From Candidatus Hermodarchaeum yapensis (GTDB lineage: Archaea; Asgardarchaeota; Hermodarchaeia; Hermodarchaeales; Hermodarchaeaceae), in assembly GCA_016840405.1 (NCBI GenBank), contig JAEOSK010000002.1:68042-132041 (forward strand): 64,000 bases of DNA. Reading direction: 5' to 3'. Shown piece by piece: positions 53,561-63,275 of this stretch. Position numbers and translations under genes: made by a program. The notes beneath the pieces were generated by a model that did no database searches, was not told the origin of the DNA, and saw only the letters and a program-made list of their open reading frames with translations. How positions within the stretch are numbered: the first letter of the stretch is position 1; each line of letters begins with the position of its first letter.

Positions 53561-55813
53561 ATGCGTCGAATTACCTTGCCACTGACTATCTTTGTACTAG
53601 CTCTCACGCTACTCCAACCAACCATCCCCTTTACGCTTGCATCAGCAACACCTAGAGTTCGGGCTTCATTGCAACCTTCCTTAGCTCCAATGAATACCGT
53701 TCCTGTGGACACCACCGCCTTTTTCACACTCAACGAAACACACGAACAACAAGTCTTCAACATCCCCATTGATCAACCAGGACAATATGGTTTTGATATG
53801 TCCTTTACTATGGACAACGGATCTGCCGGACCCTGGCGGAATCTTGATTTGGAATTACGTGAAAGTGCTTCTCAGTATGTTCCTCATCTGAATAATTATC
53901 TTCATACGAGTTACAGTCTTGATACTGGTTTCTGGAGTTGGAATACAGCGAATTACACATCCAACATGATTAGCGAATTTGTTGCAGTGCATCCTGGGTT
54001 CCTTGTTGTCGCCCTTGACTTCCAATCCGCTACAGCCGATGACCGAATTAATGGTAACTTTTCAGTGAACCAACTCTTCGATTTCAGTTCAGCTGTAATG
54101 CATCCATGGGATCAGAGCCAGACCATTTCTTGGACAGCCGATGATTCCTGGAATTCTTCTATGTTCACAATTGCTGAACATGGCTACTATAACATCACCC
54201 TCTATAGCGAATTACCCTACGATACAACCGCAGGTTGGGTTGGTGAGCCCTTCTTCCAACCCTTCGCCAAACTACGACTGTTTGATATCACCCATGGTGA
54301 AGAACCCGGTCTATTCTACAGCTTTACTCCCCAGATGGATGTTCCTGCAGGTGCAGGGACAGGAACAGCGAACTGGACCCAGTATCGGTTACTGAAGCTT
54401 GCTCCCGATGACTATTACTTCCTCGGGAATACCTTCGATTTCCTGTTCCTCAATGGTAGTTACGTTGATGTCAATATCGATATCCAAAGAGTGACAATGC
54501 CCACCCTACTCATGAACGAATCCATAACCCTGAGTTTCGACAATAGTTTACCATTGAACGAAGCCCATGTAGCCATTACTGCACCCAAAGGATTCGAATA
54601 CAGTTTGTATTATGATAATCCTATTGGTGCAAATTGGAGTGTTCAAACCCACGATGTGGATACTACCTGGATACCAGCAACCTATTTCCATTATGAAGAC
54701 GCTTCTGGCTCAAATATCGTTGAAGACCGATTCGAAAACTGCTTTTCATGGGCTGGATCTGCCTTTTTTGTCATGGCACCTGATCCATCCTTGACCGGTG
54801 ACTCTTGGGCTGAATATTATTCGTTTGATGGTACAGATGTCGTCTATAACAATGATACCGCCGTTGCTGCAGTCATGGCTGGTTCTGGGCTAGAAGGTTT
54901 CACAGACACCTTCTTCATGGTCATTCAGGCTAATCCATGGAGTGGTACCCCTACTGCAATCTATAATATTACATTGAACTTCATAGGCGAACTCCTTCCG
55001 ACTTTCGCAGAGTCCGGGAATGTGATTCCTGTCAATACAACGATTGGTCCGATGTATCAAATATTTGCCCTTCCTGTTACCAGTGGATGGGAATATGATA
55101 TTACAGGCTGGGCATCAGCGTACACGTCAGCCGGTGGTGTAAGTCTATTCGTTGCTCCAAGTTCCGAATTTTATTTGGACTGGCAATGGTTTGGGTCCTA
55201 TGGGCTCTACGAACCTTTAGTCTTTACAGATCCGATTTCTTTTATGCCACTGATGACCTCAAATGTCAATGATTCAGCCACAATACGATTTGTACCAGTG
55301 CGAAGTGGAATTCAATATGTCATCGTTTTCGGAGCAAACATGATGGGTCCACCAGGGGATAGTTCGGAGGTTACAGTCAATGCTACTGTAACACCTCCGA
55401 CTCCGTACACTATGGGCGCTGTCATGTCACATAGTTTTGAAGAATGGACATATGAGATTTACAGCGTGAGTATCATGGCAGGTGCCAGTTATCGATTAAG
55501 TCTATCATTGGATATTACAGGGGATCAAGCCTATTGGTCCGCTTTCAACGAAATGGGATTCTTTCCCTTCGCGATAACTGCGTCAGATCTTTGGGGCATG
55601 GTGAGTATGAGTACTCTTGACCTAACCCGAACCTATACTGCCTTGGTATCAGGAGTAATCTCTATTGTGGTATACGGTGTAGGTCCTGTCGAGTTCAGCC
55701 TTGTTCCTATTGGCGAAGCACCTGGCTCATTCATACTAGGGTTGGTCATTGGACTTATCTTCATGGCCGTAGGTGTCATCATCGTTTACGTAGTTATGAG
55801 ACGTCGATATTGA
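53561..55813 (+). CDS. large secreted hypothetical protein with C-terminal TM anchor
   Basis: Signal peptide, 750 aa beta-rich with many N-x-S/T sequons, C-terminal FILGLVIGLIFMAVGVIIVYVVMRRRY. Confidence 0.55.
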   Translation: MRRITLPLTIFVLALTLLQPTIPFTLASATPRVRASLQPSLAPMNTVPVDTTAFFTLNETHEQQVFNIPIDQPGQYGFDMSFTMDNGSAGPWRNLDLELRESASQYVPHLNNYLHTSYSLDTGFWSWNTANYTSNMISEFVAVHPGFLVVALDFQSATADDRINGNFSVNQLFDFSSAVMHPWDQSQTISWTADDSWNSSMFTIAEHGYYNITLYSELPYDTTAGWVGEPFFQPFAKLRLFDITHGEEPGLFYSFTPQMDVPAGAGTGTANWTQYRLLKLAPDDYYFLGNTFDFLFLNGSYVDVNIDIQRVTMPTLLMNESITLSFDNSLPLNEAHVAITAPKGFEYSLYYDNPIGANWSVQTHDVDTTWIPATYFHYEDASGSNIVEDRFENCFSWAGSAFFVMAPDPSLTGDSWAEYYSFDGTDVVYNNDTAVAAVMAGSGLEGFTDTFFMVIQANPWSGTPTAIYNITLNFIGELLPTFAESGNVIPVNTTIGPMYQIFALPVTSGWEYDITGWASAYTSAGGVSLFVAPSSEFYLDWQWFGSYGLYEPLVFTDPISFMPLMTSNVNDSATIRFVPVRSGIQYVIVFGANMMGPPGDSSEVTVNATVTPPTPYTMGAVMSHSFEEWTYEIYSVSIMAGASYRLSLSLDITGDQAYWSAFNEMGFFPFAITASDLWGMVSMSTLDLTRTYTALVSGVISIVVYGVGPVEFSLVPIGEAPGSFILGLVIGLIFMAVGVIIVYVVMRRRY

Positions 55814-55827
55814 AAATACTCTAAACG

Positions 55828-55877
55828 CCGGGCACAGGAGTAAATCCTTCCGCGTGTCCGGTTCCCTTCTCTTTTTT
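55828..55877 (+). terminator. hairpin + T-tract terminator-like element
   Basis: CCGGGCAC...GTGTCCGG (one G-U pair) followed by TTCCCTTCTCTTTTTT. Confidence 0.4.
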
Positions 55878-57219
55878 ACTCCTGACCCATATCATTCTTG
55901 TTCCTATTTACTGTAAACTTTCTTTGGCTTTCTTCAATTTTCCAGAAGAAAGCTGCATAAAAAACTGTTGCAGCGGAGTAACTCGTAAGGGTAAACCAGA
56001 AGGGGACCAGATATAACTCTAAATCAAAGAGTGGTCCTGTTACTAGTGTACTAAACGCCCAGGGGAAGTTCCAGGCAAAGCTGGTGACGGCCTCCATATT
56101 TGGTCGCCAATGTTCGGGTGTGAGTTCCATTCGCAATGTTCTATCGACGGGACCGCCAGCATTCATTAGAACGACGCGAAGGACGTAACTAGCAATAGCA
56201 ATATAGGGGTTGATGATGGTGGCGATGAAGAGGAGAAATGGAAGGGATAATGCTTGGGAAAAGAGAACTGTCTTGACTTTACCTATGCGAGTGGAAAGGA
56301 CTGGGGAGAGAAAAGTGCCGATTGCAACAGAGAGGGATCCAAGACCCTGTACTAATCCGATAATGGGGAGTGGTAGGTTATAGAATTCCCAGAAGAATAT
56401 GCTGAGGTAGGGAATAACGAATCCAGCGCCCAGGCCGATTAGCAGGTTGACGATGCCGAATTTTAATGCTATTTTCCTCACCGCATTCCGTTGAACGGGT
56501 GTGAGTTCACTCTGAATTTCATTCATTGGGTTAGATGCAGGAGCTTCCAATTCGTGGATCGTAAACATTGGAATAATGCTGAGAGCAAGGGGAATCACGT
56601 GAGCTAAAAGCGCTAGCTGAAGAGCTAATGCACTGCCAAATGGGATGCCAAGAAATAATGCAATTACGCCTGGAAGAAATCCAGCAAGAGTATTCGAAAA
56701 AAATGAACTGAGAATGGTTAAGGAGTGGCTGGTTCCAAAGGCATGGGTGCGTTCGTAAGCTGTGCAACTTCTTGTCATTAGGGGACCATATGAGACATTG
56801 ATGAGTGCAGCACCAAGTCCAGCTAATACCGCAGTTATCATCAAGACATCAGGAAATGGAAACACTACTCGCGTAAAGCCACAAATTGCAGAGGTGAGCA
56901 ATCCAACAATAATAGAATATTTGGGGCCCACTCGAGAGGCATAGGTGCCTGCGGCGATTGAAGATATTGCCATTGAAAACGCGTTGAGAGACATTAACAC
57001 GCCGAGGAAAGCGTTACTGTATCCAAGGATGAGCAGGTAGATGTTTAAGATGGTTGAGGTGATGCCCCATGCAAAGGCTCGAGTGACGTTGCTGAGGATA
57101 AGCTTGCGAACGTTTGGAGTGAATTGGCGTATCCGTAGCCAATAACCCGTGGCTTCAGCTCTGAATATTGCGCTCACTGGGATCTCCTCAACTTGTTGCA
57201 GGGGACAAATTGCATGCAC
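55876..57219 (-). CDS. MFS transporter (paralog of 51771-53081)
   Basis: 12 TM. Conserved blocks shared with the other MFS gene. Confidence 0.8.
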   Translation of the reverse strand: MHAICPLQQVEEIPVSAIFRAEATGYWLRIRQFTPNVRKLILSNVTRAFAWGITSTILNIYLLILGYSNAFLGVLMSLNAFSMAISSIAAGTYASRVGPKYSIIVGLLTSAICGFTRVVFPFPDVLMITAVLAGLGAALINVSYGPLMTRSCTAYERTHAFGTSHSLTILSSFFSNTLAGFLPGVIALFLGIPFGSALALQLALLAHVIPLALSIIPMFTIHELEAPASNPMNEIQSELTPVQRNAVRKIALKFGIVNLLIGLGAGFVIPYLSIFFWEFYNLPLPIIGLVQGLGSLSVAIGTFLSPVLSTRIGKVKTVLFSQALSLPFLLFIATIINPYIAIASYVLRVVLMNAGGPVDRTLRMELTPEHWRPNMEAVTSFAWNFPWAFSTLVTGPLFDLELYLVPFWFTLTSYSAATVFYAAFFWKIEESQRKFTVNRNKNDMGQE

Positions 57220-57254
57220 ATTTTAACTATATGCTTAGTCCGCTAGGAACCTCT

Positions 57255-58424
57255 TTACAGGTCGTATTCTTTGAATACCTCGCGCTGAATTAGATAGCGG
57301 AGAATTTCAGCAGTTCCCCCACCAATGGTCATGAGTCGAGCATCACGTAGATATCTTTCCACTGGCTTTTGTTTTGTATAGCCAATACCTCCGAGTACTT
57401 GAAGAGCTTGAGATGCAGACTCGATGGCAGTTTCACACGCAAAGAGTTTGGCAATAGCGGCGTCTTTGGTGGCTGGTTGATTGGCATCAATGATTCGAGC
57501 AGCTTTAAACGTGAGGAGTCTAGCTGCTTCGAGTTTCGTCGCCATATCTGCAATTTTAAAACTGATTCCTTCAAACTCTCGAATCTTTCGACGGAATTGG
57601 ACACGGTAATTGCTGTAATGGATGGCTTCTTCCATGGCTGCTCGAGCTACGCCATTCATCTCTGCAGCGAGAATAGTTCGTTCTGCGTCCAAACCAGCCA
57701 TAACGACGCCAAAACCACCGTTAACGTCTCCCAGAATATTTTCTTCGGGAACCACCAAGTCTTTGAAAGCTAAGCGTCCAACATGTGCTCCATGCATTCC
57801 CAGGAGATCATATTCTTCAACGACTTCGAATCCCTTCGATTTTGTTTCGACAATAAAGGCAGTCATACCCTGCTTTGCTTTCACTTTGGGATCTGTAACA
57901 GTATAGCATAATAAAAAGTCAGCAACAGGACCATTCGTAATGAAACGTTTCTCGCCGTTTATCACATAACTGTCACCTTGTTTTTCAGCCCGGGTCTCAG
58001 TAGCCGCGACATCACTCCCCACATTGGGTTCCGTGATTCCGAGTGCTCCAATCTTCTCGCCCCTAGCAACTGGTGTCAAATACTTCTTTTTCTGGGCTTC
58101 AGAACCAAATTCATAAACCGGGTGGGCAAACAGAATACAAGAAGCAACGCGGGCCATATCTAGCCCTGCGTGTACAGCACAAATCTCTTCGGTAGCCAGA
58201 ACCTCATACATCAGACCCCTACCTGTGCCTCCAAACTCGACAGGATAGCGTGATCCTAAATACCCCGCTTTTCCGAACTTTCGCAATATGTCCCATGCTT
58301 CGAGTTTCCCTTGTTCGATGTCCTCAGCATGTGGGGTTAGGTTCCGTTGAACAAATGAACGGGCTTCGTCTCGAAACTGAATTTCTTCCTTCGATAAAAA
58401 CGACAATTCTGTCATTGTCATCAC
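57255..58424 (-). CDS. acyl-CoA dehydrogenase
   Basis: ACAD pattern GITEPNVGSD, FITNG, C-terminal IGGGTAEILR with the catalytic Glu region. Confidence 0.9.
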   Translation of the reverse strand: MMTMTELSFLSKEEIQFRDEARSFVQRNLTPHAEDIEQGKLEAWDILRKFGKAGYLGSRYPVEFGGTGRGLMYEVLATEEICAVHAGLDMARVASCILFAHPVYEFGSEAQKKKYLTPVARGEKIGALGITEPNVGSDVAATETRAEKQGDSYVINGEKRFITNGPVADFLLCYTVTDPKVKAKQGMTAFIVETKSKGFEVVEEYDLLGMHGAHVGRLAFKDLVVPEENILGDVNGGFGVVMAGLDAERTILAAEMNGVARAAMEEAIHYSNYRVQFRRKIREFEGISFKIADMATKLEAARLLTFKAARIIDANQPATKDAAIAKLFACETAIESASQALQVLGGIGYTKQKPVERYLRDARLMTIGGGTAEILRYLIQREVFKEYDL

Positions 58425-58525
58425 ATCAAATGGAGATCGATTCGTTTTTGCAGCGAATCACAGTATATTAAGGCGTTTAAAGTGCTTTGCCACACACAAA
58501 AAAAGCTAGCAATAACATACAAGGG

Positions 58526-58933
58526 CTAAGTGTCGGCGTCTTTGCGTTTGGATTTATGTAAGGCTGTGACTGCTTGCTGCCTAGTTTGACGTTTAATCTC
58601 TTCAATCTGTTCAATCGCTGGAAGAATCGTGTCAACGAGATCGCTCTTAGCCTGAATACCTTCGTGAGTGAGAAAGGCTACCGCCTCACTACGACTTTTG
58701 AAAATCTCAAGGGCAATTAGAGCATCAACAATTCTGAGATCGCTGTCCCATAGACGAGTCATTACAATATTGTCACGACGTTTCGCTTCGGGTAGGTCAC
58801 CCTTCATAAAAACTTGTTTTAACTCCTGCATTACTTCTTGCTTCAATGCTGCTGAAATGACCGGTTCTTCTACCCTGCTCTCAGAGGCTTTACGTTTTAC
58901 TTTCGTCTTTGATGTTCGGGACAAGATGTTCAC
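58526..58933 (-). CDS. ribbon-helix-helix (CopG/Arc-like) domain protein, candidate regulator
   Basis: IVMTRLWDSDLRIVDALIALEIFKSRSEAVAFL has a beta-strand / helix / SRSEA-helix layout like the NikR N-terminus. Basic termini. Confidence 0.4.
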   Translation of the reverse strand: MNILSRTSKTKVKRKASESRVEEPVISAALKQEVMQELKQVFMKGDLPEAKRRDNIVMTRLWDSDLRIVDALIALEIFKSRSEAVAFLTHEGIQAKSDLVDTILPAIEQIEEIKRQTRQQAVTALHKSKRKDADT

Positions 58934-59121
58934 TATCCATTAAGTGGTGATTCAAACATAGCATTTTAGCGTTACGCCTACCTGTCTTTTTCCGTTACAC
59001 GCTTGCGTCTTTCACGTAAATAATACTTGGTAAAGACGACAAGCTTAAATACGAGGTAAAGTACCTGCAAGATAATCTTAACACTGTAAAGTTTAATTCA
59101 AGTTTCTGGAGACGTAACGTA

Positions 59122-59391
59122 ATGCCAACTAACCCCAAGAAATCAGACGACACCGATATCGAAATCCATCAAAAAATTGATGCTCGAGGATTGTATTGTC
59201 CAATCCCTGTTTACAAGACTCGACAAGCGATACTCGAAGCAAAACCCGATGAAGTAGTTGAAGTATTGGCTGATGATCCAGCGGCGGAAGAAGATATCTC
59301 ACGTTGGGCTAAACGCACTGGAAACACAGTTCTAGCCTTTGAGCAGTGTGATGATTACATCCGATTTCTAATTCGAAAAACAAATGGGTGA
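59122..59391 (+). CDS. TusA/SirA-family sulfurtransferase
   Basis: DARGLYCPIPV (CPxP persulfide-carrier motif). 89 aa. Confidence 0.8.
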   Translation: MPTNPKKSDDTDIEIHQKIDARGLYCPIPVYKTRQAILEAKPDEVVEVLADDPAAEEDISRWAKRTGNTVLAFEQCDDYIRFLIRKTNG

Positions 59392-59397
59392 AAAATC

Positions 59398-59760
59398 TTG
59401 GCAAAGAAAATATTATACGTATTGACAAGCGGCTTAGATACGCCTGAAAGGCTGTATGCCCCTTTTGTACTTGCCACAACTGCTAAAGCGATGGGTATCG
59501 ACGCAACCGTTTATTTCGTCGTTAAAGGTGTCGAGGTCGTCAAAAAGGGTGAAGCTGAAAAAATCAAAATGGGAAACTTCCCCATTCTAAAAGAAGTAAT
59601 TGATCAAGCAATCGAAGCGGGTGTAGAGCTTATGGCCTGTGACCAAAGCACACAAGTACTCGGCATTGAACGAGGCGGTTATGTGGATGCTTGTGGTGTC
59701 GTGGGAGCAGCTACGTTAAATGACCTCGCACTCGAAGCGGATGCGATTTTAACCTTCTAA
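59398..59760 (+). CDS. DsrE/DsrF-family protein
   Basis: KILYVLTSG...PF.LA..A...G..A.V.F...G pattern and conserved Cys (MACDQS). TTG start after GGGTGA. Confidence 0.65.
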   Translation: MAKKILYVLTSGLDTPERLYAPFVLATTAKAMGIDATVYFVVKGVEVVKKGEAEKIKMGNFPILKEVIDQAIEAGVELMACDQSTQVLGIERGGYVDACGVVGAATLNDLALEADAILTF

Positions 59761-59792
59761 AAGAGATACGAAATGGATGGGAGGGGTGGGAA

Positions 59793-61004
59793 ATGACAAA
59801 GCAAATCAACTTCAATCATAGTGCAGGAGTACCGGTAGATGAACAAGTACTCAAGGCCATGAAACCTTATTTCCGACAGTATTATGGTAATCCCTCTTCT
59901 GTTCACGCAGTCGGACAGCAGTCAGCCAAAGCAATTGCCAACGCACGTGTGCAAGTTGGTCAACTTATTGGAGCCGCGCCAAAGGATAGAGTCATTTTTA
60001 CCAGTGGAGCGACTGAAGCGAACAACCTAGCCCTCCAGGGCTTTGCCTATCGGCACCGCCGAAAAGGTAACCACATTATCATTTCCAAAATGGAGCACCT
60101 CAGTATCATCAATACTGCAAAATTCTTGAGCAAGCAAGGCTTCGAATACACCCAAGTTGGCGTGGACAAACACGGAATAGTGGACACGAAAGCCCTCAAG
60201 AAAGCCATCACTGATCAAACCATTCTCATTTCCATCCAACATGCGAATAACGAAGTCGGAACAATTCAACCAATTGCTGACATTGCACAAATCGCCAATA
60301 ACGCTGAAATTCCCTTGCATGTCGATGCAGTAGCAAGCGCAGGCCTTATTCCAGTGAATGTCTCAGAACATGGCATCTCCCTACTCACCCTCTCATCCAA
60401 CGATTTATACGGACCCAAAGGAGTCGGAGCCCTTTATACACGAAAAGAAGTTGCTCTTCAACCAATCCTTACCGGAGGTGGCCAAGAATATGGCATCCGT
60501 TCTGGTTCCGAGAACGTCTCGGGAATTGTGGGCATGGGGGCAGCTGCGGAACTCGCCAAGGAACAACTTGCTGATAACGTGACGCGCCTGACATGGCTCA
60601 GGGATCAATTAATCAAAGGCGTGCTAGAAAAAATCGATGATTCTTATTTGAATGGACATCCCACCCAACGGCTTCCCAATAACGCCAATATTCGGTTCAG
60701 CTACATTGAAGGAGAGGCGATAACGCTCCATCTCAGCTTTCAAGGGTTCTTGGTGGCTACCAGTTCTGCTTGTACATCCAAAACCCTCGCCCCTTCCCAC
60801 TGTTTGATGAGTATGGGTGTAGCTGAAGCCGAAGCCCACGGAGCCCTTCAACTCACTCTAGGACGTGAAAACACCCAAGCACATATAGACAAATTCGTCG
60901 AAGTACTACCACCCATCATTGAAAAACTTCGAGCGATGTCACCATTATCAAAAGATGTCCCATATGACATCTTTGAAGATGAGGAGCATGATCACCATCA
61001 TTGA
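59793..61004 (+). CDS. iscS: IscS/NifS-like protein with Asp at the PLP-lysine position
   Basis: Class-V fold motifs (SGATEANNLA, HVDAV, active-site loop SSACTS). The SGHK position reads SSND (Asp codon GAT 60402-60404). His-rich tail EEHDHHH. Confidence 0.85.
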   Translation: MTKQINFNHSAGVPVDEQVLKAMKPYFRQYYGNPSSVHAVGQQSAKAIANARVQVGQLIGAAPKDRVIFTSGATEANNLALQGFAYRHRRKGNHIIISKMEHLSIINTAKFLSKQGFEYTQVGVDKHGIVDTKALKKAITDQTILISIQHANNEVGTIQPIADIAQIANNAEIPLHVDAVASAGLIPVNVSEHGISLLTLSSNDLYGPKGVGALYTRKEVALQPILTGGGQEYGIRSGSENVSGIVGMGAAAELAKEQLADNVTRLTWLRDQLIKGVLEKIDDSYLNGHPTQRLPNNANIRFSYIEGEAITLHLSFQGFLVATSSACTSKTLAPSHCLMSMGVAEAEAHGALQLTLGRENTQAHIDKFVEVLPPIIEKLRAMSPLSKDVPYDIFEDEEHDHHH

Positions 61005-61030
61005 GCCAACACAAAGGAGATGAAAAATTC

Positions 61031-61420
61031 ATGTATAGTAAAACCGTCATTGACCACTTCACCAACCCACGTAACATGGGCGAAATGAAAGACGCTGATG
61101 CAATAGGCAAAGTTGGAAATCCAACGTGTGGAGATCTTATCTGGATTTACATCAAAGTCAAAGATGATGTTATCACAGATGTCAGTTTCAAAACCTTCGG
61201 ATGCGCAGCGGCTATTGCCACCAGTTCCATGATTACAGAAATTACGAAAGGTAAAACACTCAAAGAAGCCTATCAAATTACGCGAACTGATGTCGCAGAA
61301 AACCTGGAAGGCCTACCACCGATTAAAATGCATTGTTCAAACCTTTCGGCTGATGGGTTACATAAAGCAATACAAGAATACTTACGTAAAACCGGACGCA
61401 CTGTCGAGGATCTCAAATAA
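61031..61420 (+). CDS. iscU: IscU/NifU-type Fe-S cluster scaffold
   Basis: VIDHFTNPRN, three ligand Cys (NPTCGD, FGCAAAIA, MHCSNL). ATG 61031 after AAGGAG. Confidence 0.9.
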   Translation: MYSKTVIDHFTNPRNMGEMKDADAIGKVGNPTCGDLIWIYIKVKDDVITDVSFKTFGCAAAIATSSMITEITKGKTLKEAYQITRTDVAENLEGLPPIKMHCSNLSADGLHKAIQEYLRKTGRTVEDLK

Positions 61421-61433
61421 TCTTCTTGAAGAT

Positions 61434-61817
61434 TTATCCGGATTCTTTTGTATGCCGTTCAATGATCGATTTGAAAGTGTCCGAAGATAGGGCACCCTTA
61501 ATGAGATAATCCTTGGCTCCCATTTCAAGAACTTCTTGCACGGTTTCATCATCATCAATTGCAGTTAGCGCGACAATGGTAACATCAGGATAATCCACCG
61601 TTACTTTTCTGATGAGTTCTGTACCGCTAATTTTGGGCAGAACTAAATCCACAAAGAAGATATCTGGCGGATTGGCTTTGATTTTTGATAATGCCTCTTC
61701 GCCGTCTACAGCAGTTTCGATATCATATTCTTTGAGTAAGACTTGGGCGGCACGGAGAAATGTTTCTGAGTCATCTGCTAAGAGGATTCGTATTTTATCC
61801 GATTTCTTGGAAGCCAA
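61434..61817 (-). CDS. stand-alone CheY-like response-regulator receiver domain
   Basis: LLADDS, phospho-acceptor FFVDLVLP, ALTA, AKDYLIK. Start uncertain: TTG 61817 after GGAGGG, or ATG 61883 deep inside the upstream gene. Confidence 0.75.
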   Translation of the reverse strand: MASKKSDKIRILLADDSETFLRAAQVLLKEYDIETAVDGEEALSKIKANPPDIFFVDLVLPKISGTELIRKVTVDYPDVTIVALTAIDDDETVQEVLEMGAKDYLIKGALSSDTFKSIIERHTKESG

Positions 61818-63249
61818 TTTTGGGTTTACCCTCCACGAGGTGTGTATAGATACAGTATTGGGGTGTTGAGGGGTTAATGCCATGGAAGATGGTAACACCT
61901 TCCTTGACAGCAATTTCAACGTGAACATCAGCAAGATCAGCCAGATATTGGTTGATTTCAGGTGTACTACTATAACCAATTGTTACTGCGAGATTACTCT
62001 CAGTAGCAGTATCATTGGCAATACGTGTGGCCCATCGGGGGAGTTCTTGGGGGCCAAGCCAAGAGTGTAGCCATCCAAAACCAACAACGCTGAGTAAATT
62101 TTTACATCCTTGATTGCGGAGTTCTTCAAGAACCATGCTCCACGCGTTTTCTAAATCAGAGCTCTCTCTAAATGCTACTGTTTTGTAATACGGCTCACCC
62201 AGTTCAGCTGCAGCGCTAGTTACGCCGAGACTGGAAGCTGCACTAGTGAATAAACGAAGATGCGTGTTAAGTTGGTCCACAAAGCCATACCGTAAAGCCG
62301 CAGCTTTGAGGCGTCGGAAGCTGAGTTTGTTGGGTGGAACGATAATCACTCCACTTTCTTGGCGAATGAAATTTGCTACCATACTCAGGGCTATTGTGTT
62401 GATCACTTCATTAGCTACACCTTCCGATACGTCCATGAAGAAAGTGCTACCCCGACGAAATCCACCAAATATGGTATCGAGTTCTTTGATACCAGAAGAA
62501 AATCTACCTGCAGTATGAGGAATTACTTCGAAATCAGATACTCGGAAGGCTTGTTCTGCATCATAGGAATGTAGTGTACAAAATCGGTTGCCTCGCAGTG
62601 AAAATCCTCGCATTCCACGTTCGATGGATGTTCCACGAAGTTTGATCAATCGCAAACTTCGCCACATCCGCCCTTCCGTCTGTGTTTTTGTCACGCACAC
62701 AATTCCGTCAACTATGTGATCTAACGGTGATTCTTCTATTCCTTCCACAACTAAAATGATCTTCGCACTCAATACTCGACCAAGATTAGATAGTGCAGCC
62801 GTGAGACGTTGTGGGTCCGCCTGGGCCGCTTCAATTATTGCATCAAAGGAATCGATGAGACACACAGGTGATGTGAGATTACGAAGCAAATCATTGACTG
62901 CACTAATGAAGGTTAATTCATCAGAATAAATAATTCGAGATTCGGAAACATTACCCGATTCCAAAGAAGCTTCAGGAACTCCCATCAATGAGGGAGTTGC
63001 ATCAATGATTCGACTTTCAGGTAGAAGTTCAAAAGCCCACGGAAATTGAGTTCGTAAATTCGCACTTGCCACACGAGTTGAGAGATATACAAAATTCTCA
63101 ACGTCAAACTGATCAGGAAGTAGTTGAGCCAGCTGATCTAGCAATGAAAGCACAAATGTAGTTTTTCCAGTTCCTGACTTGCCTTTAACAAGGACCGTTT
63201 GACCTTGTTCTTGTTTCAGGAATTCGATGATTTCGTTTGGCAAGCTCAT
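61795..63249 (-). CDS. tandem KaiC/RecA-like ATPase (active N-lobe, P-loop-less C-lobe)
   Basis: Walker A GKSGTGKT, Walker B VCLIDSFD, RSLRLIKLRGT. Second lobe SSGIKELDTIFGGFRRGSTFFMDVSEGV lacks GxxGxGKT. Confidence 0.75.
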   Translation of the reverse strand: MSLPNEIIEFLKQEQGQTVLVKGKSGTGKTTFVLSLLDQLAQLLPDQFDVENFVYLSTRVASANLRTQFPWAFELLPESRIIDATPSLMGVPEASLESGNVSESRIIYSDELTFISAVNDLLRNLTSPVCLIDSFDAIIEAAQADPQRLTAALSNLGRVLSAKIILVVEGIEESPLDHIVDGIVCVTKTQTEGRMWRSLRLIKLRGTSIERGMRGFSLRGNRFCTLHSYDAEQAFRVSDFEVIPHTAGRFSSGIKELDTIFGGFRRGSTFFMDVSEGVANEVINTIALSMVANFIRQESGVIIVPPNKLSFRRLKAAALRYGFVDQLNTHLRLFTSAASSLGVTSAAAELGEPYYKTVAFRESSDLENAWSMVLEELRNQGCKNLLSVVGFGWLHSWLGPQELPRWATRIANDTATESNLAVTIGYSSTPEINQYLADLADVHVEIAVKEGVTIFHGINPSTPQYCIYTHLVEGKPKIGFQEIG

Positions 63250-63275
63250 GTGCTTTTACACCTTTTTCTCAATCA

